A DNA stretch of 64,000 nucleotides from Laetmonice hystrix. Its lineage: Eukaryota. The notes under the pieces are model-generated. The model did not search any database. It saw nothing but the letters and a program-made list of their open reading frames with translations, and was not told where the DNA came from. Positions 35,801 through 50,798 of this stretch are shown here, in pieces; the stretch's first letter is position 1, and each line of letters starts with the position of its first letter. The translations under genes and the position numbers were made by a program. The stretch spans positions 5,272,001-5,336,000 of the forward strand of contig OZ249436.1 of the NCBI GenBank assembly GCA_965235115.1. The letters run 5' to 3'.

Positions 35801-38800
35801 GTAGTGTTAGCTTGGGTGCTAGGCCACCCAGTATACCTTGTAGCGATTCCTCCCTCTACTGTTTGGCCTTCCTGTACCGTTTGCTTGTATACAAGAGTAG
35901 CCAGTAGTATAGGGACGCCTCATGTTTCATGTTTCCATGCCTTTATTGTCCAGAAGGCAGGCCATACGTTTCGTTTATCATCTACTCCAATCTAATCTGT
36001 GTGCCCTACAGACCATCGGTAAGCGTCCGACAACGTTGTCAGGTCGTCGCAATGACTGTTTGCCGTAAAGGTTTTGTTAACAATGGCAAATGACGTTGTA
36101 CGCCTTTTCTATATCAGATTTCCTATCCCCAAGTAACAAACAAACAAAGATTACACATCTAGAGATGCTGCAGGCAGAAAACACCAGGGTGCAGCTCAGC
36201 TGACTGCACTGCCGCCTTCCGGCCAGTGGTGAAATCACCACGTACACCTGTACGGGCTGGCAGGCACCTGTTGGTCTGAGGCGAGAGACAGGTTAAAGCA
36301 ATGATAAGCGCAAAATGGCTACATTTTTGATACGTCAAATTGAAACTACGCGCCCCAAAATCATGATTCTTAGGCCAGATGTAGAACTGTCAAACGTATA
36401 GGTCTCGTACGTTCGCTACAGATATATGGTTGTGATGTGTACACTTCCCATTTGAGTACCTTCTCCAGATTTTAACATTAGAATGTCCTCGCCTGTACCT
36501 TTCATTTCCAGCTACCTCACTGTAGTGTTTGCATGGCTGCTATAGGCCAGCCGGTAAAATGTTGGGACTTCTCACTCTACTGGTTGGCCTCCCACAATGC
36601 TTGGCCCCACAGTGTAATGTTTGGCCTCACTGTACTCTTTGGCCTCACTGTAGTGTTCGCCTGGGTGCTAGGCCACCCAGTATACCTTGTAGCGATTCCT
36701 CCCTCTACTGTTTGGCCTTCCTGTACCGTTTGCTTGTATACAAGAGTAGCCAGTAGTATAGGGACGCCTCATGTTTCATGTTTCCATGCCTTTATTGTCC
36801 AGGAGGCAGGCCATACGTTTCGTTTATCATCTACTCCAATCTAATCTGTGTGCCCTACAGACCATCGGTAAGCGTCCGACAACGTTGTCAGGTCGTCGCA
36901 ATGACTGTTTGGCGTAAAGGTTTTGTTAACAATGGCAAATGACGTTGTACGCCTTTTCTCTATCATTAAGGATACCGATCCTATCCCCAAGTAACAAACA
37001 AACAAAGATTACACATCTAGAGATGCTGCAGGCAGAAAACACCAGGGTGCAGCTCAGCTGACTGCACTGCCGCCTTCTGGCCAGCGGTGGAATCACCACG
37101 TACACCTGGCCGGGCTGGCAGGCACCTGTGGGTCTGAGGCGAGAGACAGGTTAAAGCAATGATAAGCGCAAAATGGCTACATTTTTGATACGTCAATTTG
37201 AAACTACGCCCCCCAAAATTATGATTCTTCGGCCACATGTAGAACTGTCAAACGTATAGGTCTCGTACGTTCGCTACAGATATATGGTTGTGATGTGTAC
37301 ACTTCCCATTTGAGTATCTTCTCCAGATTTTAACATTAGAATGTCGTCGCCTGTACCTTTCATTTCCAGCTACCTCACTGTAGTGTTTGCATGACTGCTA
37401 TAGGCCAGCCGGTAAAATGTTGGGACTTCTCACTCTACTGGTTGGCCTCCCACAATGCTTGGCCCCACAGTGTAATGTTTGGCCTCACTGTACACTTTGG
37501 CCTCACTGTAGTGTTAGCTTGGGTGCTAGGCCACCCACTATACCTTGTAGCGATTCCTCCCTCTACTGTTTGGCCTTCCGGTACCGTTTGCTTGTATACA
37601 AGTGTAGCCAGTAGTATAGGGACGCCTCATGTTTCATGTTTCCATGCCTTTATTACCCAGGAGGCAGGCCATACGTTTCGGTTATCATCTACTCCAATCT
37701 AATCTGTGTCCCCTACAGACCATCGGTAAGCGTCCGACAACGTTGTCAGGTCGTCCCAATGACTGTTTGCCGTAAAGGTTTTGTTAACAATGGCAAATGA
37801 CGTTGTACGCCTTTTCTATATCAGATTTCCTATCCCCAAGTAACAAACAAACAAAGATTACACATCTAGAGATGCTGCAGGCAGAAAACACCAGGGTGCA
37901 GCTCAGCTGACTGCACTGCCGCCTTCCGGCCAGTGGTGGAATCACCACGTACACCTGTACGGGCTGGCAGGCACCTGTGGGTCTGAGGCGAGAGACAGGT
38001 TAAAGCAATGATAAGCGCAAAATGGCTACATTTTTGATACGTCAAATTGAAACTACGCGCCCCAAAATCATGATTCTTAGGCCAGATGTAGAACTGTCAA
38101 ACGTATAGGTCTCGTACGTTCGCTACAGATATATGGTTGTGATGTGTACACTTCCCATTTGAGTACCTTCTCCAGATTTTAACATTAGAATGTCCTCGCC
38201 TGTACCTTTCATTTCCAGCTACCTCACTGTAGTGTTTGCATGGCTGCTATAGGCCAGCCGGTAAAATGTTGGGACTTCTCACTCTACTGGTTGGCCTCCC
38301 ACAATGCTTGGCCCCACAGTGTAATGTTTGGCCTCACTGTACTCTTTGGCCTCACTGTAGTGTTCGCCTGGGTGCTAGGCCACCCAGTATACCTTGTAGC
38401 GATTCCTCCCTCTACTGTTTGGCCTTCCTGTACCGTTTGCTTGTATACAAGAGTAGCCAGTAGTATAGGGACGCCTCATGTTTCATGTTTCCATGCTTTT
38501 ATTGTCCAGGAGGCAGGCCATACGTTTCGTTTATCATCTTCTCCAATCTAATCTGTGTGCCCTACAGACCATCGGTAAGCGTCCGACAACGTTGTCAGGT
38601 CGTCGCAATGACTGTTTGCCGTAAAGGTTTTGTTAACAATGGCAAATGACGTTGTACGCCTTTTCTCTATCATTGGGGATACCGATCCTATCCCCAAGTA
38701 ACAAACAAACAAAGATTACACATCTAGAGATGCTGCAGGCAGAAAACACCAGGGTGCAGCTCAGCTGACTGCACTGCCGCCTTCTGGCCAGCGGTGGAAT

Positions 38801-41800
38801 CACCACGTACACCTGGCCGGGCTGGCAGGCACCTGTGGGTCTGAGGCGAGAGACAGGTTAAAGCAATGATAAGCGCAAAATGGCTACATTTTTGATACGT
38901 CAATTTGAAACTACGCCCCCCAAAATTATGATTCTTCGGCCACATGTAGAACTGTCAAACGTATAGGTCTCGTACGTTCGCTACAGATATATGGTTGTGA
39001 TGTGTACACTTCCCATTTGAGTATCTTCTCCAGATTTTAACATTAGAATGTCGTCGCCTGTACCTTTCATTTCTAGCTACCTCACTGTAGTGTTTGCATG
39101 ACTGCTATAGGCCAGCCGGTAAAATGTTGGGACTTCTCACTCTACTGGTTGGCTTCCCACAATGCTTGGCCCCACAGTGTAATGTTTGGCCTCACTGTAC
39201 ACTTTGGCCTCACTGTAGTGTTAGCTTGGGTGCTAGGCCACCCAGTATACCTTGTAGCGATTCCTCCCTCTACTGTTTGGCCTTCCTGTACCGTTTGCTT
39301 GTATACAAGAGTAGCCAGTAGTATAGGGACGCCTCATGTTTCATGTTTCCATGCCTTTATGGTCCAGGAGGCAGGCCATACGTTTCGTTTATCATCTACT
39401 CCAATCTAATCTGTGTGCCCTACAGACCATCGGTAAGCGTCCGACAACGTTGTCAGGTCGTACCAATGACTGTTTGCCGTAAATGTTTTGTTAACAATGG
39501 CAAATGACGTTGTACGCCTTTTCTATATCAGATATCCTATCCCCTAGTAACAAACAAACAAAGATGACACATCTAGAGATGATGCAGGCAGAAAACACCA
39601 GGGTGCAGCTCAGATGACTGCACTGCCGCCTTCCGGCCAGCGGTGGAATCACCACGTACACCTGGCCGGGCTGGCAGGCACCTGTGGTAAAAGCCGGTAA
39701 AATGTTGGGACTTCTCACTCTACTGGTTGGCCTCCCACAATGCTTGGCCCCACAGTGTAATGTTTGGCCTCACTGTACACTTTGGCCTCACTGTAGTGTT
39801 AGCTTGGGTGGTAGGCCACCCAGTATACCTTGTAGCGATTCCTCCCTCTACTGTTTGGCCTTCCGGTACCGTTTGCTTGTATACAAGTGTAGCCAGTAGT
39901 ATAGGGACGCCTCATGTTTCATGTTTCCATGCCTTTATTGTCCAGGAGGCAGGCCATACGTTTCGGTTATCATCTACTCCAATCTAATCTGTGTCCCCTA
40001 CAGACCATCAGTAAGCGTCCGACAACGTTGTCAGGTCGTCGCAATGACTGTTTGCCGTAAAGGTTTTGTTAACAGTGGCAAATGACGTTGTACGCCTTTT
40101 CTATATCAGATATCCTATCCCCAAGTAACAAACAAACAAAGATTACACATCTAGAGATGCTGCAGGCAGAAAACACCAGGGTGCAGCTCAGCTGACTGCA
40201 CTGCCGCCTTCCGGCCAGCGGTGGAATCACCACGTACACCTGTCCGGGCTGGCAGGCACCTGTGGGTCTGAGGCGAGAGACAGGTTAAAGCAATGATAAG
40301 CGCAAAATGGCTACATTTTTGATACGTCAAATTGAAACTACGCGCTCCAAAATCATGATTCTTAGGCCAGATGTAGAACTGTCAAACGTATAGGTCTCGT
40401 ACGTTCGCTACAGATATATGGTTGTGATGTGTACCCTTCCCATTGGAGTACCTTCTCCAGATTTTAACATTAGAATGTCCTCGCCTGTACCTTTCATTTC
40501 CAGCTACCTCACTGTAGTGTTTGCATGGCTGCTATAGGCCAGCCGGTAAAATGTTGGGACTTCTCACTCTACTGGTTGGCCTCCCACAATGCTTGGCCCC
40601 ACAGTGTAATGTTTGGCCTCACTGTACACTTTGGCCTCACTGTAGTGTTAGCTTGGGTGCTAGGCCACCCAGTATACCTTGTAGCGATTCCTCCCTCTAC
40701 TGTTTGGCCTTCCTGTACCGTTTGCTTGTATACAAGTGTAGCCAGTAGTATAGGGACGCCTCATGTTTTATGTTTCCATGCCTTTATTGTCCAGGAGGCA
40801 GGCCATACGTTTCGTTTTTCATCTACTCCAATCTAATCTGTGTCCCCTACAGACCATCGGTAAGCGTCCGACAACGTTGTCAGGTCGTCGCAATGACTGT
40901 TTGCCGTAAAGGTTTTGTTAACAATGGCAAATGACGTTGTACGCCTTTTCTCTATCATTGGGGATACCGATCCTATCCCCAAGTAACAAACAAACAAAGA
41001 TTACACATCTAGAGATGCTGCAGGCAGAAAACACCAGGGTGCAGCTCAGCTGACTGCACTGCCGCCTTCTGGCCAGCGGTGGAATCACCACGTACACCTG
41101 GCCGGGCTGGCAGGCACCTGTGGGTCTGAGGCGAGAGACAGGTTAAAGCAATGATAAGCGCAAAATGGCTACATTTTTGATACGTCAATTTGAAACTACG
41201 CCCCCCAAAATTATGATTCTTCGGCCACATGTAGAACTGTCAAACGTATAGGTCTCGTACGTTCGCTACAGATATATGGTTGTGATGTGTACACTTCCCA
41301 TTTGAGTATCTTCTCCAGATTTTAACATTAGAATGTCGTCGCCTGTACCTTTCATTTCTAGCTACCTCACTGTAGTGTTTGCATGACTGCTATAGGCCAG
41401 CCGGTAAAATGTTGGGACTTCTCACTCTACTGGTTGGCTTCCCACAATGCTTGGCCCCACAGTGTAATGTTTGGCCTCACTGTACACTTTGGCCTCACTG
41501 TAGTGTTAGCTTGGGTGCTAGGCCACCCAGTATACCTTGTAGCGATTCCTCCCTCTACTGTTTGGCCTTCCTGTACCGTTTGCTTGTATACAAGAGTAGC
41601 CAGTAGTATAGGGACGCCTCATGTTTCATGTTTCCATGCCTTTATTGTCCAGAAGGCAGGCCATACGTTTCGTTTATCATCTACTCCAATCTAATCTGTG
41701 TGCCCTACAGACCATCGGTAAGCGTCCGACAACGTTGTCAGGTCGTCGCAATGACTGTTTGCCGTAAAGGTTTTGTTAACAATGGCAAATGACGTTGTAC

Positions 41801-44800
41801 GCCTTTTCTATATCAGATTTCCTATCCCCAAGTAACAAACAAACAAAGATTACACATCTAGAGATGCTGCAGGCAGAAAACACCAGGGTGCAGCTCAGCT
41901 GACTGCACTGCCGCCTTCCGGCCAGTGGTGAAATCACCACGTACACCTGTACGGGCTGGCAGGCACCTGTTGGTCTGAGGCGAGAGACAGGTTAAAGCAA
42001 TGATAAGCGCAAAATGGCTACATTTTTGATACGTCAAATTGAAACTACGCGCCCCAAAATCATGATTCTTAGGCCAGATGTAGAACTGTCAAACGTATAG
42101 GTCTCGTACGTTCGCTACAGATATATGGTTGTGATGTGTACACTTCCCATTTGAGTACCTTCTCCAGATTTTAACATTAGAATGTCCTCGCCTGTACCTT
42201 TCATTTCCAGCTACCTCACTGTAGTGTTTGCATGGCTGCTATAGGCCAGCCGGTAAAATGTTGGGACTTCTCACTCTACTGGTTGGCCTCCCACAATGCT
42301 TGGCCCCACAGTGTAATGTTTGGCCTCACTGTACTCTTTGGCCTCACTGTAGTGTTCGCCTGGGTGCTAGGCCACCCAGTATACCTTGTAGCGATTCCTC
42401 CCTCTACTGTTTGGCCTTCCTGTACCGTTTGCTTGTATACAAGAGTAGCCAGTAGTATAGGGACGCCTCATGTTTCATGTTTCCATGCCTTTATTGTCCA
42501 GGAGGCAGGCCATACGTTTCGTTTATCATCTACTCCAATCTAATCTGTGTGCCCTACAGACCATCGGTAAGCGTCCGACAACGTTGTCAGGTCGTCGCAA
42601 TGACTGTTTGGCGTAAAGGTTTTGTTAACAATGGCAAATGACGTTGTACGCCTTTTCTCTATCATTAAGGATACCGATCCTATCCCCAAGTAACAAACAA
42701 ACAAAGATTACACATCTAGAGATGCTGCAGGCAGAAAACACCAGGGTGCAGCTCAGCTGACTGCACTGCCGCCTTCTGGCCAGCGGTGGAATCACCACGT
42801 ACACCTGGCCGGGCTGGCAGGCACCTGTGGGTCTGAGGCGAGAGACAGGTTAAAGCAATGATAAGCGCAAAATGGCTACATTTTTGATACGTCAATTTGA
42901 AACTACGCCCCCCAAAATTATGATTCTTCGGCCACATGTAGAACTGTCAAACGTATAGGTCTCGTACGTTCGCTACAGATATATGGTTGTGATGTGTACA
43001 CTTCCCATTTGAGTATCTTCTCCAGATTTTAACATTAGAATGTCGTCGCCTGTACCTTTCATTTCCAGCTACCTCACTGTAGTGTTTGCATGACTGCTAT
43101 AGGCCAGCCGGTAAAATGTTGGGACTTCTCACTCTACTGGTTGGCCTCCCACAATGCTTGGCCCCACAGTGTAATGTTTGGCCTCACTGTACACTTTGGC
43201 CTCACTGTAGTGTTAGCTTGGGTGCTAGGCCACCCACTATACCTTGTAGCGATTCCTCCCTCTACTGTTTGGCCTTCCGGTACCGTTTGCTTGTATACAA
43301 GTGTAGCCAGTAGTATAGGGACGCCTCATGTTTCATGTTTCCATGCCTTTATTACCCAGGAGGCAGGCCATACGTTTCGGTTATCATCTACTCCAATCTA
43401 ATCTGTGTCCCCTACAGACCATCGGTAAGCGTCCGACAACGTTGTCAGGTCGTCCCAATGACTGTTTGCCGTAAAGGTTTTGTTAACAATGGCAAATGAC
43501 GTTGTACGCCTTTTCTATATCAGATTTCCTATCCCCAAGTAACAAACAAACAAAGATTACACATCTAGAGATGCTGCAGGCAGAAAACACCAGGGTGCAG
43601 CTCAGCTGACTGCACTGCCGCCTTCCGGCCAGTGGTGGAATCACCAGGTACACCTGTACGGGCTGGCAGGCACCTGTGGGTCTGAGGCGAGAGACAGGTT
43701 AAAGCAATGATAAGCGCAAAATGGCTACATTTTTGATACGTCAAATTGAAACTACGCGCCCCAAAATCATGATTCTTAGGCCAGATGTAGAACTGTCAAA
43801 CGTATAGGTCTCGTACGTTCGCTACAGATATATGGTTGTGATGTGTACACTTCCCATTTGAGTACCTTCTCCAGATTTTAACATTAGAATGTCCTCGCCT
43901 GTACCTTTCATTTCCAGCTACCTCACTGTAGTGTTTGCATGGCTGCTATAGGCCAGCCGGTAAAATGTTGGGACTTCTCACTCTACTGGTTGGCCTCCCA
44001 CAATGCTTGGCCCCACAGTGTAATGTTTGGCCTCACTGTACTCTTTGGCCTCACTGTAGTGTTCGCCTGGGTGCTAGGCCACCCAGTATACCTTGTAGCG
44101 ATTCCTCCCTCTACTGTTTGGCCTTCCTGTACCGTTTGCTTGTATACAAGAGTAGCCAGTAGTATAGGGACGCCTCATGTTTCATGTTTCCATGCTTTTA
44201 TTGTCCAGGAGGCAGGCCATACGTTTCGTTTATCATCTTCTCCAATCTAATCTGTGTGCCCTACAGACCATCGGTAAGCGTCCGACAACGTTGTCAGGTC
44301 GTCGCAATGACTGTTTGCCGTAAAGGTTTTGTTAACAATGGCAAATGACGTTGTACGCCTTTTCTCTATCATTGGGGATACCGATCCTATCCCCAAGTAA
44401 CAAACAAACAAAGATTACACATCTAGAGATGCTGCAGGCAGAAAACACCAGGGTGCAGCTCAGCTGACTGCACTGCCGCCTTCTGGCCAGCGGTGGAATC
44501 ACCACGTACACCTGGCCGGGCTGGCAGGCACCTGTGGGTCTGAGGCGAGAGACAGGTTAAAGCAATGATAAGCGCAAAATGGCTACATTTTTGATACGTC
44601 AATTTGAAACTACGCCCCCCAAAATTATGATTCTTCGGCCACATGTAGAACTGTCAAACGTATAGGTCTCGTACGTTCGCTACAGATATATGGTTGTGAT
44701 GTGTACACTTCCCATTTGAGTATCTTCTCCAGATTTTAACATTAGAATGTCGTCGCCTGTACCTTTCATTTCTAGCTACCTCACTGTAGTGTTTGCATGA

Positions 44801-47800
44801 CTGCTATAGGCCAGCCGGTAAAATGTTGGGACTTCTCACTCTACTGGTTGGCTTCCCACAATGCTTGGCCCCACAGTGTAATGTTTGGCCTCACTGTACA
44901 CTTTGGCCTCACTGTAGTGTTAGCTTGGGTGCTAGGCCACCCAGTATACCTTGTAGCGATTCCTCCCTCTACTGTTTGGCCTTCCTGTACCGTTTGCTTG
45001 TATACAAGAGTAGCCAGTAGTATAGGGACGCCTCATGTTTCATGTTTCCATGCCTTTATTGTCCAGAAGGCAGGCCATACGTTTCGTTTATCATCTACTC
45101 CAATCTAATCTGTGTGCCCTACAGACCATCGGTAAGCGTCCGACAACGTTGTCAGGTCGTCGCAATGACTGTTTGCCGTAAAGGTTTTGTTAACAATGGC
45201 AAATGACGTTGTACGCCTTTTCTATATCAGATTTCCTATCCCCAAGTAACAAACAAACAAAGATTACACATCTAGAGATGCTGCAGGCAGAAAACACCAG
45301 GGTGCAGCTCAGCTGACTGCACTGCCGCCTTCCGGCCAGTGGTGAAATCACCACGTACACCTGTACGGGCTGGCAGGCACCTGTTGGTCTGAGGCGAGAG
45401 ACAGGTTAAAGCAATGATAAGCGCAAAATGGCTACATTTTTGATACGTCAAATTGAAACTACGCGCCCCAAAATCATGATTCTTAGGCCAGATGTAGAAC
45501 TGTCAAACGTATAGGTCTCGTACGTTCGCTACAGATATATGGTTGTGATGTGTACACTTCCCATTTGAGTACCTTCTCCAGATTTTAACATTAGAATGTC
45601 CTCGCCTGTACCTTTCATTTCCAGCTACCTCACTGTAGTGTTTGCATGGCTGCTATAGGCCAGCCGGTAAAATGTTGGGACTTCTCACTCTACTGGTTGG
45701 CCTCCCACAATGCTTGGCCCCACAGTGTAATGTTTGGCCTCACTGTACTCTTTGGCCTCACTGTAGTGTTCGCCTGGGTGCTAGGCCACCCAGTATACCT
45801 TGTAGCGATTCCTCCCTCTACTGTTTGGCCTTCCTGTACCGTTTGCTTGTATACAAGAGTAGCCAGTAGTATAGGGACGCCTCATGTTTCATGTTTCCAT
45901 GCCTTTATTGTCCAGGAGGCAGGCCATACGTTTCGTTTATCATCTACTCCAATCTAATCTGTGTGCCCTACAGACCATCGGTAAGCGTCCGACAACGTTG
46001 TCAGGTCGTCGCAATGACTGTTTGGCGTAAAGGTTTTGTTAACAATGGCAAATGACGTTGTACGCCTTTTCTCTATCATTAAGGATACCGATCCTATCCC
46101 CAAGTAACAAACAAACAAAGATTACACATCTAGAGATGCTGCAGGCAGAAAACACCAGGGTGCAGCTCAGCTGACTGCACTGCCGCCTTCTGGCCAGCGG
46201 TGGAATCACCACGTACACCTGGCCGGGCTGGCAGGCACCTGTGGGTCTGAGGCGAGAGACAGGTTAAAGCAATGATAAGCGCAAAATGGCTACATTTTTG
46301 ATACGTCAATTTGAAACTACGCCCCCCAAAATTATGATTCTTCGGCCACATGTAGAACTGTCAAACGTATAGGTCTCGTACGTTCGCTACAGATATATGG
46401 TTGTGATGTGTACACTTCCCATTTGAGTATCTTCTCCAGATTTTAACATTAGAATGTCGTCGCCTGTACCTTTCATTTCCAGCTACCTCACTGTAGTGTT
46501 TGCATGACTGCTATAGGCCAGCCGGTAAAATGTTGGGACTTCTCACTCTACTGGTTGGCCTCCCACAATGCTTGGCCCCACAGTGTAATGTTTGGCCTCA
46601 CTGTACACTTTGGCCTCACTGTAGTGTTAGCTTGGGTGCTAGGCCACCCACTATACCTTGTAGCGATTCCTCCCTCTACTGTTTGGCCTTCCGGTACCGT
46701 TTGCTTGTATACAAGTGTAGCCAGTAGTATAGGGACGCCTCATGTTTCATGTTTCCATGCCTTTATTACCCAGGAGGCAGGCCATACGTTTCGGTTATCA
46801 TCTACTCCAATCTAATCTGTGTCCCCTACAGACCATCGGTAAGCGTCCGACAACGTTGTCAGGTCGTCCCAATGACTGTTTGCCGTAAAGGTTTTGTTAA
46901 CAATGGCAAATGACGTTGTACGCCTTTTCTATATCAGATTTCCTATCCCCAAGTAACAAACAAACAAAGATTACACATCTAGAGATGCTGCAGGCAGAAA
47001 ACACCAGGGTGCAGCTCAGCTGACTGCACTGCCGCCTTCCGGCCAGTGGTGGAATCACCAGGTACACCTGTACGGGCTGGCAGGCACCTGTGGGTCTGAG
47101 GCGAGAGACAGGTTAAAGCAATGATAAGCGCAAAATGGCTACATTTTTGATACGTCAAATTGAAACTACGCGCCCCAAAATCATGATTCTTAGGCCAGAT
47201 GTAGAACTGTCAAACGTATAGGTCTCGTACGTTCGCTACAGATATATGGTTGTGATGTGTACACTTCCCATTTGAGTACCTTCTCCAGATTTTAACATTA
47301 GAATGTCCTCGCCTGTACCTTTCATTTCCAGCTACCTCACTGTAGTGTTTGCATGGCTGCTATAGGCCAGCCGGTAAAATGTTGGGACTTCTCACTCTAC
47401 TGGTTGGCCTCCCACAATGCTTGGCCCCACAGTGTAATGTTTGGCCTCACTGTACTCTTTGGCCTCACTGTAGTGTTCGCCTGGGTGCTAGGCCACCCAG
47501 TATACCTTGTAGCGATTCCTCCCTCTACTGTTTGGCCTTCCTGTACCGTTTGCTTGTATACAAGAGTAGCCAGTAGTATAGGGACGCCTCATGTTTCATG
47601 TTTCCATGCTTTTATTGTCCAGGAGGCAGGCCATACGTTTCGTTTATCATCTTCTCCAATCTAATCTGTGTGCCCTACAGACCATCGGTAAGCGTCCGAC
47701 AACGTTGTCAGGTCGTCGCAATGACTGTTTGCCGTAAAGGTTTTGTTAACAATGGCAAATGACGTTGTACGCCTTTTCTCTATCATTGGGGATACCGATC

Positions 47801-50798
47801 CTATCCCCAAGTAACAAACAAACAAAGATTACACATCTAGAGATGCTGCAGGCAGAAAACACCAGGGTGCAGCTCAGCTGACTGCACTGCCGCCTTCTGG
47901 CCAGCGGTGGAATCACCACGTACACCTGGCCGGGCTGGCAGGCACCTGTGGGTCTGAGGCGAGAGACAGGTTAAAGCAATGATAAGCGCAAAATGGCTAC
48001 ATTTTTGATACGTCAATTTGAAACTACGCCCCCCAAAATTATGATTCTTCGGCCACATGTAGAACTGTCAAACGTATAGGTCTCGTACGTTCGCTACAGA
48101 TATATGGTTGTGATGTGTACACTTCCCATTTGAGTATCTTCTCCAGATTTTAACATTAGAATGTCGTCGCCTGTACCTTTCATTTCTAGCTACCTCACTG
48201 TAGTGTTTGCATGACTGCTATAGGCCAGCCGGTAAAATGTTGGGACTTCTCACTCTACTGGTTGGCTTCCCACAATGCTTGGCCCCACAGTGTAATGTTT
48301 GGCCTCACTGTACACTTTGGCCTCACTGTAGTGTTAGCTTGGGTGCTAGGCCACCCAGTATACCTTGTAGCGATTCCTCCCTCTACTGTTTGGCCTTCCT
48401 GTACCGTTTGCTTGTATACAAGAGTAGCCAGTAGTATAGGGACGCCTCATGTTTCATGTTTCCATGCCTTTATTGTCCAGGAGGCAGGCCATACGTTTCG
48501 TTTATCATCTACTCCAATCTAATCTGTGTGCCCTACAGACCATCGGTAAGCGTCCGACAACGTTGTCAGGTCGTACCAATGACTGTTTGCCGTAAATGTT
48601 TTGTTAACAATGGCAAATGACGTTGTACGCCTTTTCTATATCAGATATCCTATCCCCTAGTAACAAACAAACAAAGATGACACATCTAGAGATGATGCAG
48701 GCAGAAAACACCAGGGTGCAGCTCAGATGACTGCACTGCCGCCTTCCGGCCAGCGGTGGAATCACCACGTACACCTGGCCGGGCTGGCAGGCACCTGTGG
48801 TAAAAGCCGGTAAAATGTTGGGACTTCTCACTCTACTGGTTGGCCTCCCACAATGCTTGGCCCCACAGTGTAATGTTTGGCCTCACTGTACACTTTGGCC
48901 TCACTGTAGTGTTAGCTTGGGTGGTAGGCCACCCAGTATACCTTGTAGCGATTCCTCCCTCTACTGTTTGGCCTTCCGGTACCGTTTGCTTGTATACAAG
49001 TGTAGCCAGTAGTATAGGGACGCCTCATGTTTCATGTTTCCATGCCTTTATTGTCCAGGAGGCAGGCCATACGTTTCGGTTATCATCTACTCCAATCTAA
49101 TCTGTGTCCCCTACAGACCATCAGTAAGCGTCCGACAACGTTGTCAGGTCGTCGCAATGACTGTTTGCCGTAAAGGTTTTGTTAACAGTGGCAAATGACG
49201 TTGTACGCCTTTTCTATATCAGATATCCTATCCCCAAGTAACAAACAAACAAAGATTACACATCTAGAGATGCTGCAGGCAGAAAACACCAGGGTGCAGC
49301 TCAGCTGACTGCACTGCCGCCTTCCGGCCAGCGGTGGAATCACCACGTACACCTGTCCGGGCTGGCAGGCACCTGTGGGTCTGAGGCGAGAGACAGGTTA
49401 AAGCAATGATAAGCGCAAAATGGCTACATTTTTGATACGTCAAATTGAAACTACGCGCTCCAAAATCATGATTCTTAGGCCAGATGTAGAACTGTCAAAC
49501 GTATAGGTCTCGTACGTTCGCTACAGATATATGGTTGTGATGTGTACCCTTCCCATTGGAGTACCTTCTCCAGATTTTAACATTAGAATGTCCTCGCCTG
49601 TACCTTTCATTTCCAGCTACCTCACTGTAGTGTTTGCATGGCTGCTATAGGCCAGCCGGTAAAATGTTGGGACTTCTCACTCTACTGGTTGGCCTCCCAC
49701 AATGCTTGGCCCCACAGTGTAATGTTTGGCCTCACTGTACACTTTGGCCTCACTGTAGTGTTAGCTTGGGTGCTAGGCCACCCAGTATACCTTGTAGCGA
49801 TTCCTCCCTCTACTGTTTGGCCTTCCTGTACCGTTTGCTTGTATACAAGTGTAGCCAGTAGTATAGGGACGCCTCATGTTTTATGTTTCCATGCCTTTAT
49901 TGTCCAGGAGGCAGGCCATACGTTTCGTTTTTCATCTACTCCAATCTAATCTGTGTCCCCTACAGACCATCGGTAAGCGTCCGACAACGTTGTCAGGTCG
50001 TCGCAATGACTGTTTGCCGTAAATGTTTTGTTAACAATGGCAAATGACGTTGTACGCCTTTTCTCTATCATTGGGGATACCGATCCTATCCCCAAGTAAC
50101 AAACAAACAAAGACTAGATACGTTGTGGAGTACCACAATGGATCCCATCCCCGGGGTGTCCCATGTAACATGTTCTGAATAGGGATAACTATGGTACTAT
50201 CTTGCACTCGTGACGACTTATGAGCCTTAGAAGATGGAAGTTACGTCATTATGACCTTATGCTACGTCATAAATATTGATCTCAATGGACTTCCTATTCA
50301 TGTTCAAAAATAACTATAGGTGTATCTAGCACCGTTTACTAGTTACAGGCTTCTACCAATCCTTAGAAGGGCTCAGTTACGTCATAAGGATGTAATAGAT
50401 CACACAACAGAATAAATCTTGGTGTCAATTGAAAGAACATAATGAGGACTTCCTGTTTATATTCAATACTAACTATGGGTCTAACTCCTACCATTTACAA
50501 GTTAAAACCCTGAGAAAATATCGATGACATCGTTATGTCATGGGTCACGTGACCTAAGAAATAATGATGCCAAACGAAAGAGTATACATGACTTCCTATT
50601 CGTGTTCAATAGTAACTATGGGTCTAACTTCAAGCATTAACAAGTTATATCCCTTAGAAAATATCGATGACAGCTTTACGACGTCACAGGTCACGTGACC
50701 TTAAGGATGACGATACCAAGTGATAGCAAGTTATAGCCCTCACAAAATATAGGTTCACTGGCTGTGGTAATCAGTACCAGTTCAATCCAGTATTAGCT

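Larger units (their letters stand above)
16215..50113. repeat. Large tandem array (satellite) of ~36 full monomers plus one partial; 849/858-bp monomers and three 578-bp deleted monomers
   Basis: Monomer starts at tccgacaacgttgtcagg (16215, 18134, ... 25786, 26635, ... 49980). ORF-track spacing alternates 858/849 bp. Internal ~18-20-bp subrepeat ttggcctcactgtagtgt. Confidence 0.98.

Noticed and set aside
16279..49949. Dozens of 70-135-aa ORFs (MHxCYRPAGKMLGLLTLLVGLPQ..., MxAIGQPVKCWDF...) resembling a tandem family of small secreted or Cys-rich peptides
   Set aside because: Overlapping frames, mostly non-ATG or weak starts, and they derive from the 18-20-bp subrepeat. Frameshifted, deleted and TE-interrupted copies have been amplified, and no recognisable domain is present.
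16215..50113. Array as a tandem RNA gene cluster (5S, snRNA, SL RNA, tRNA) or hammerhead-containing satellite
   Set aside because: I found no recognisable 5S/snRNA sequence, Pol III B box or CUGANGA...GAAA core on either strand of the monomer.
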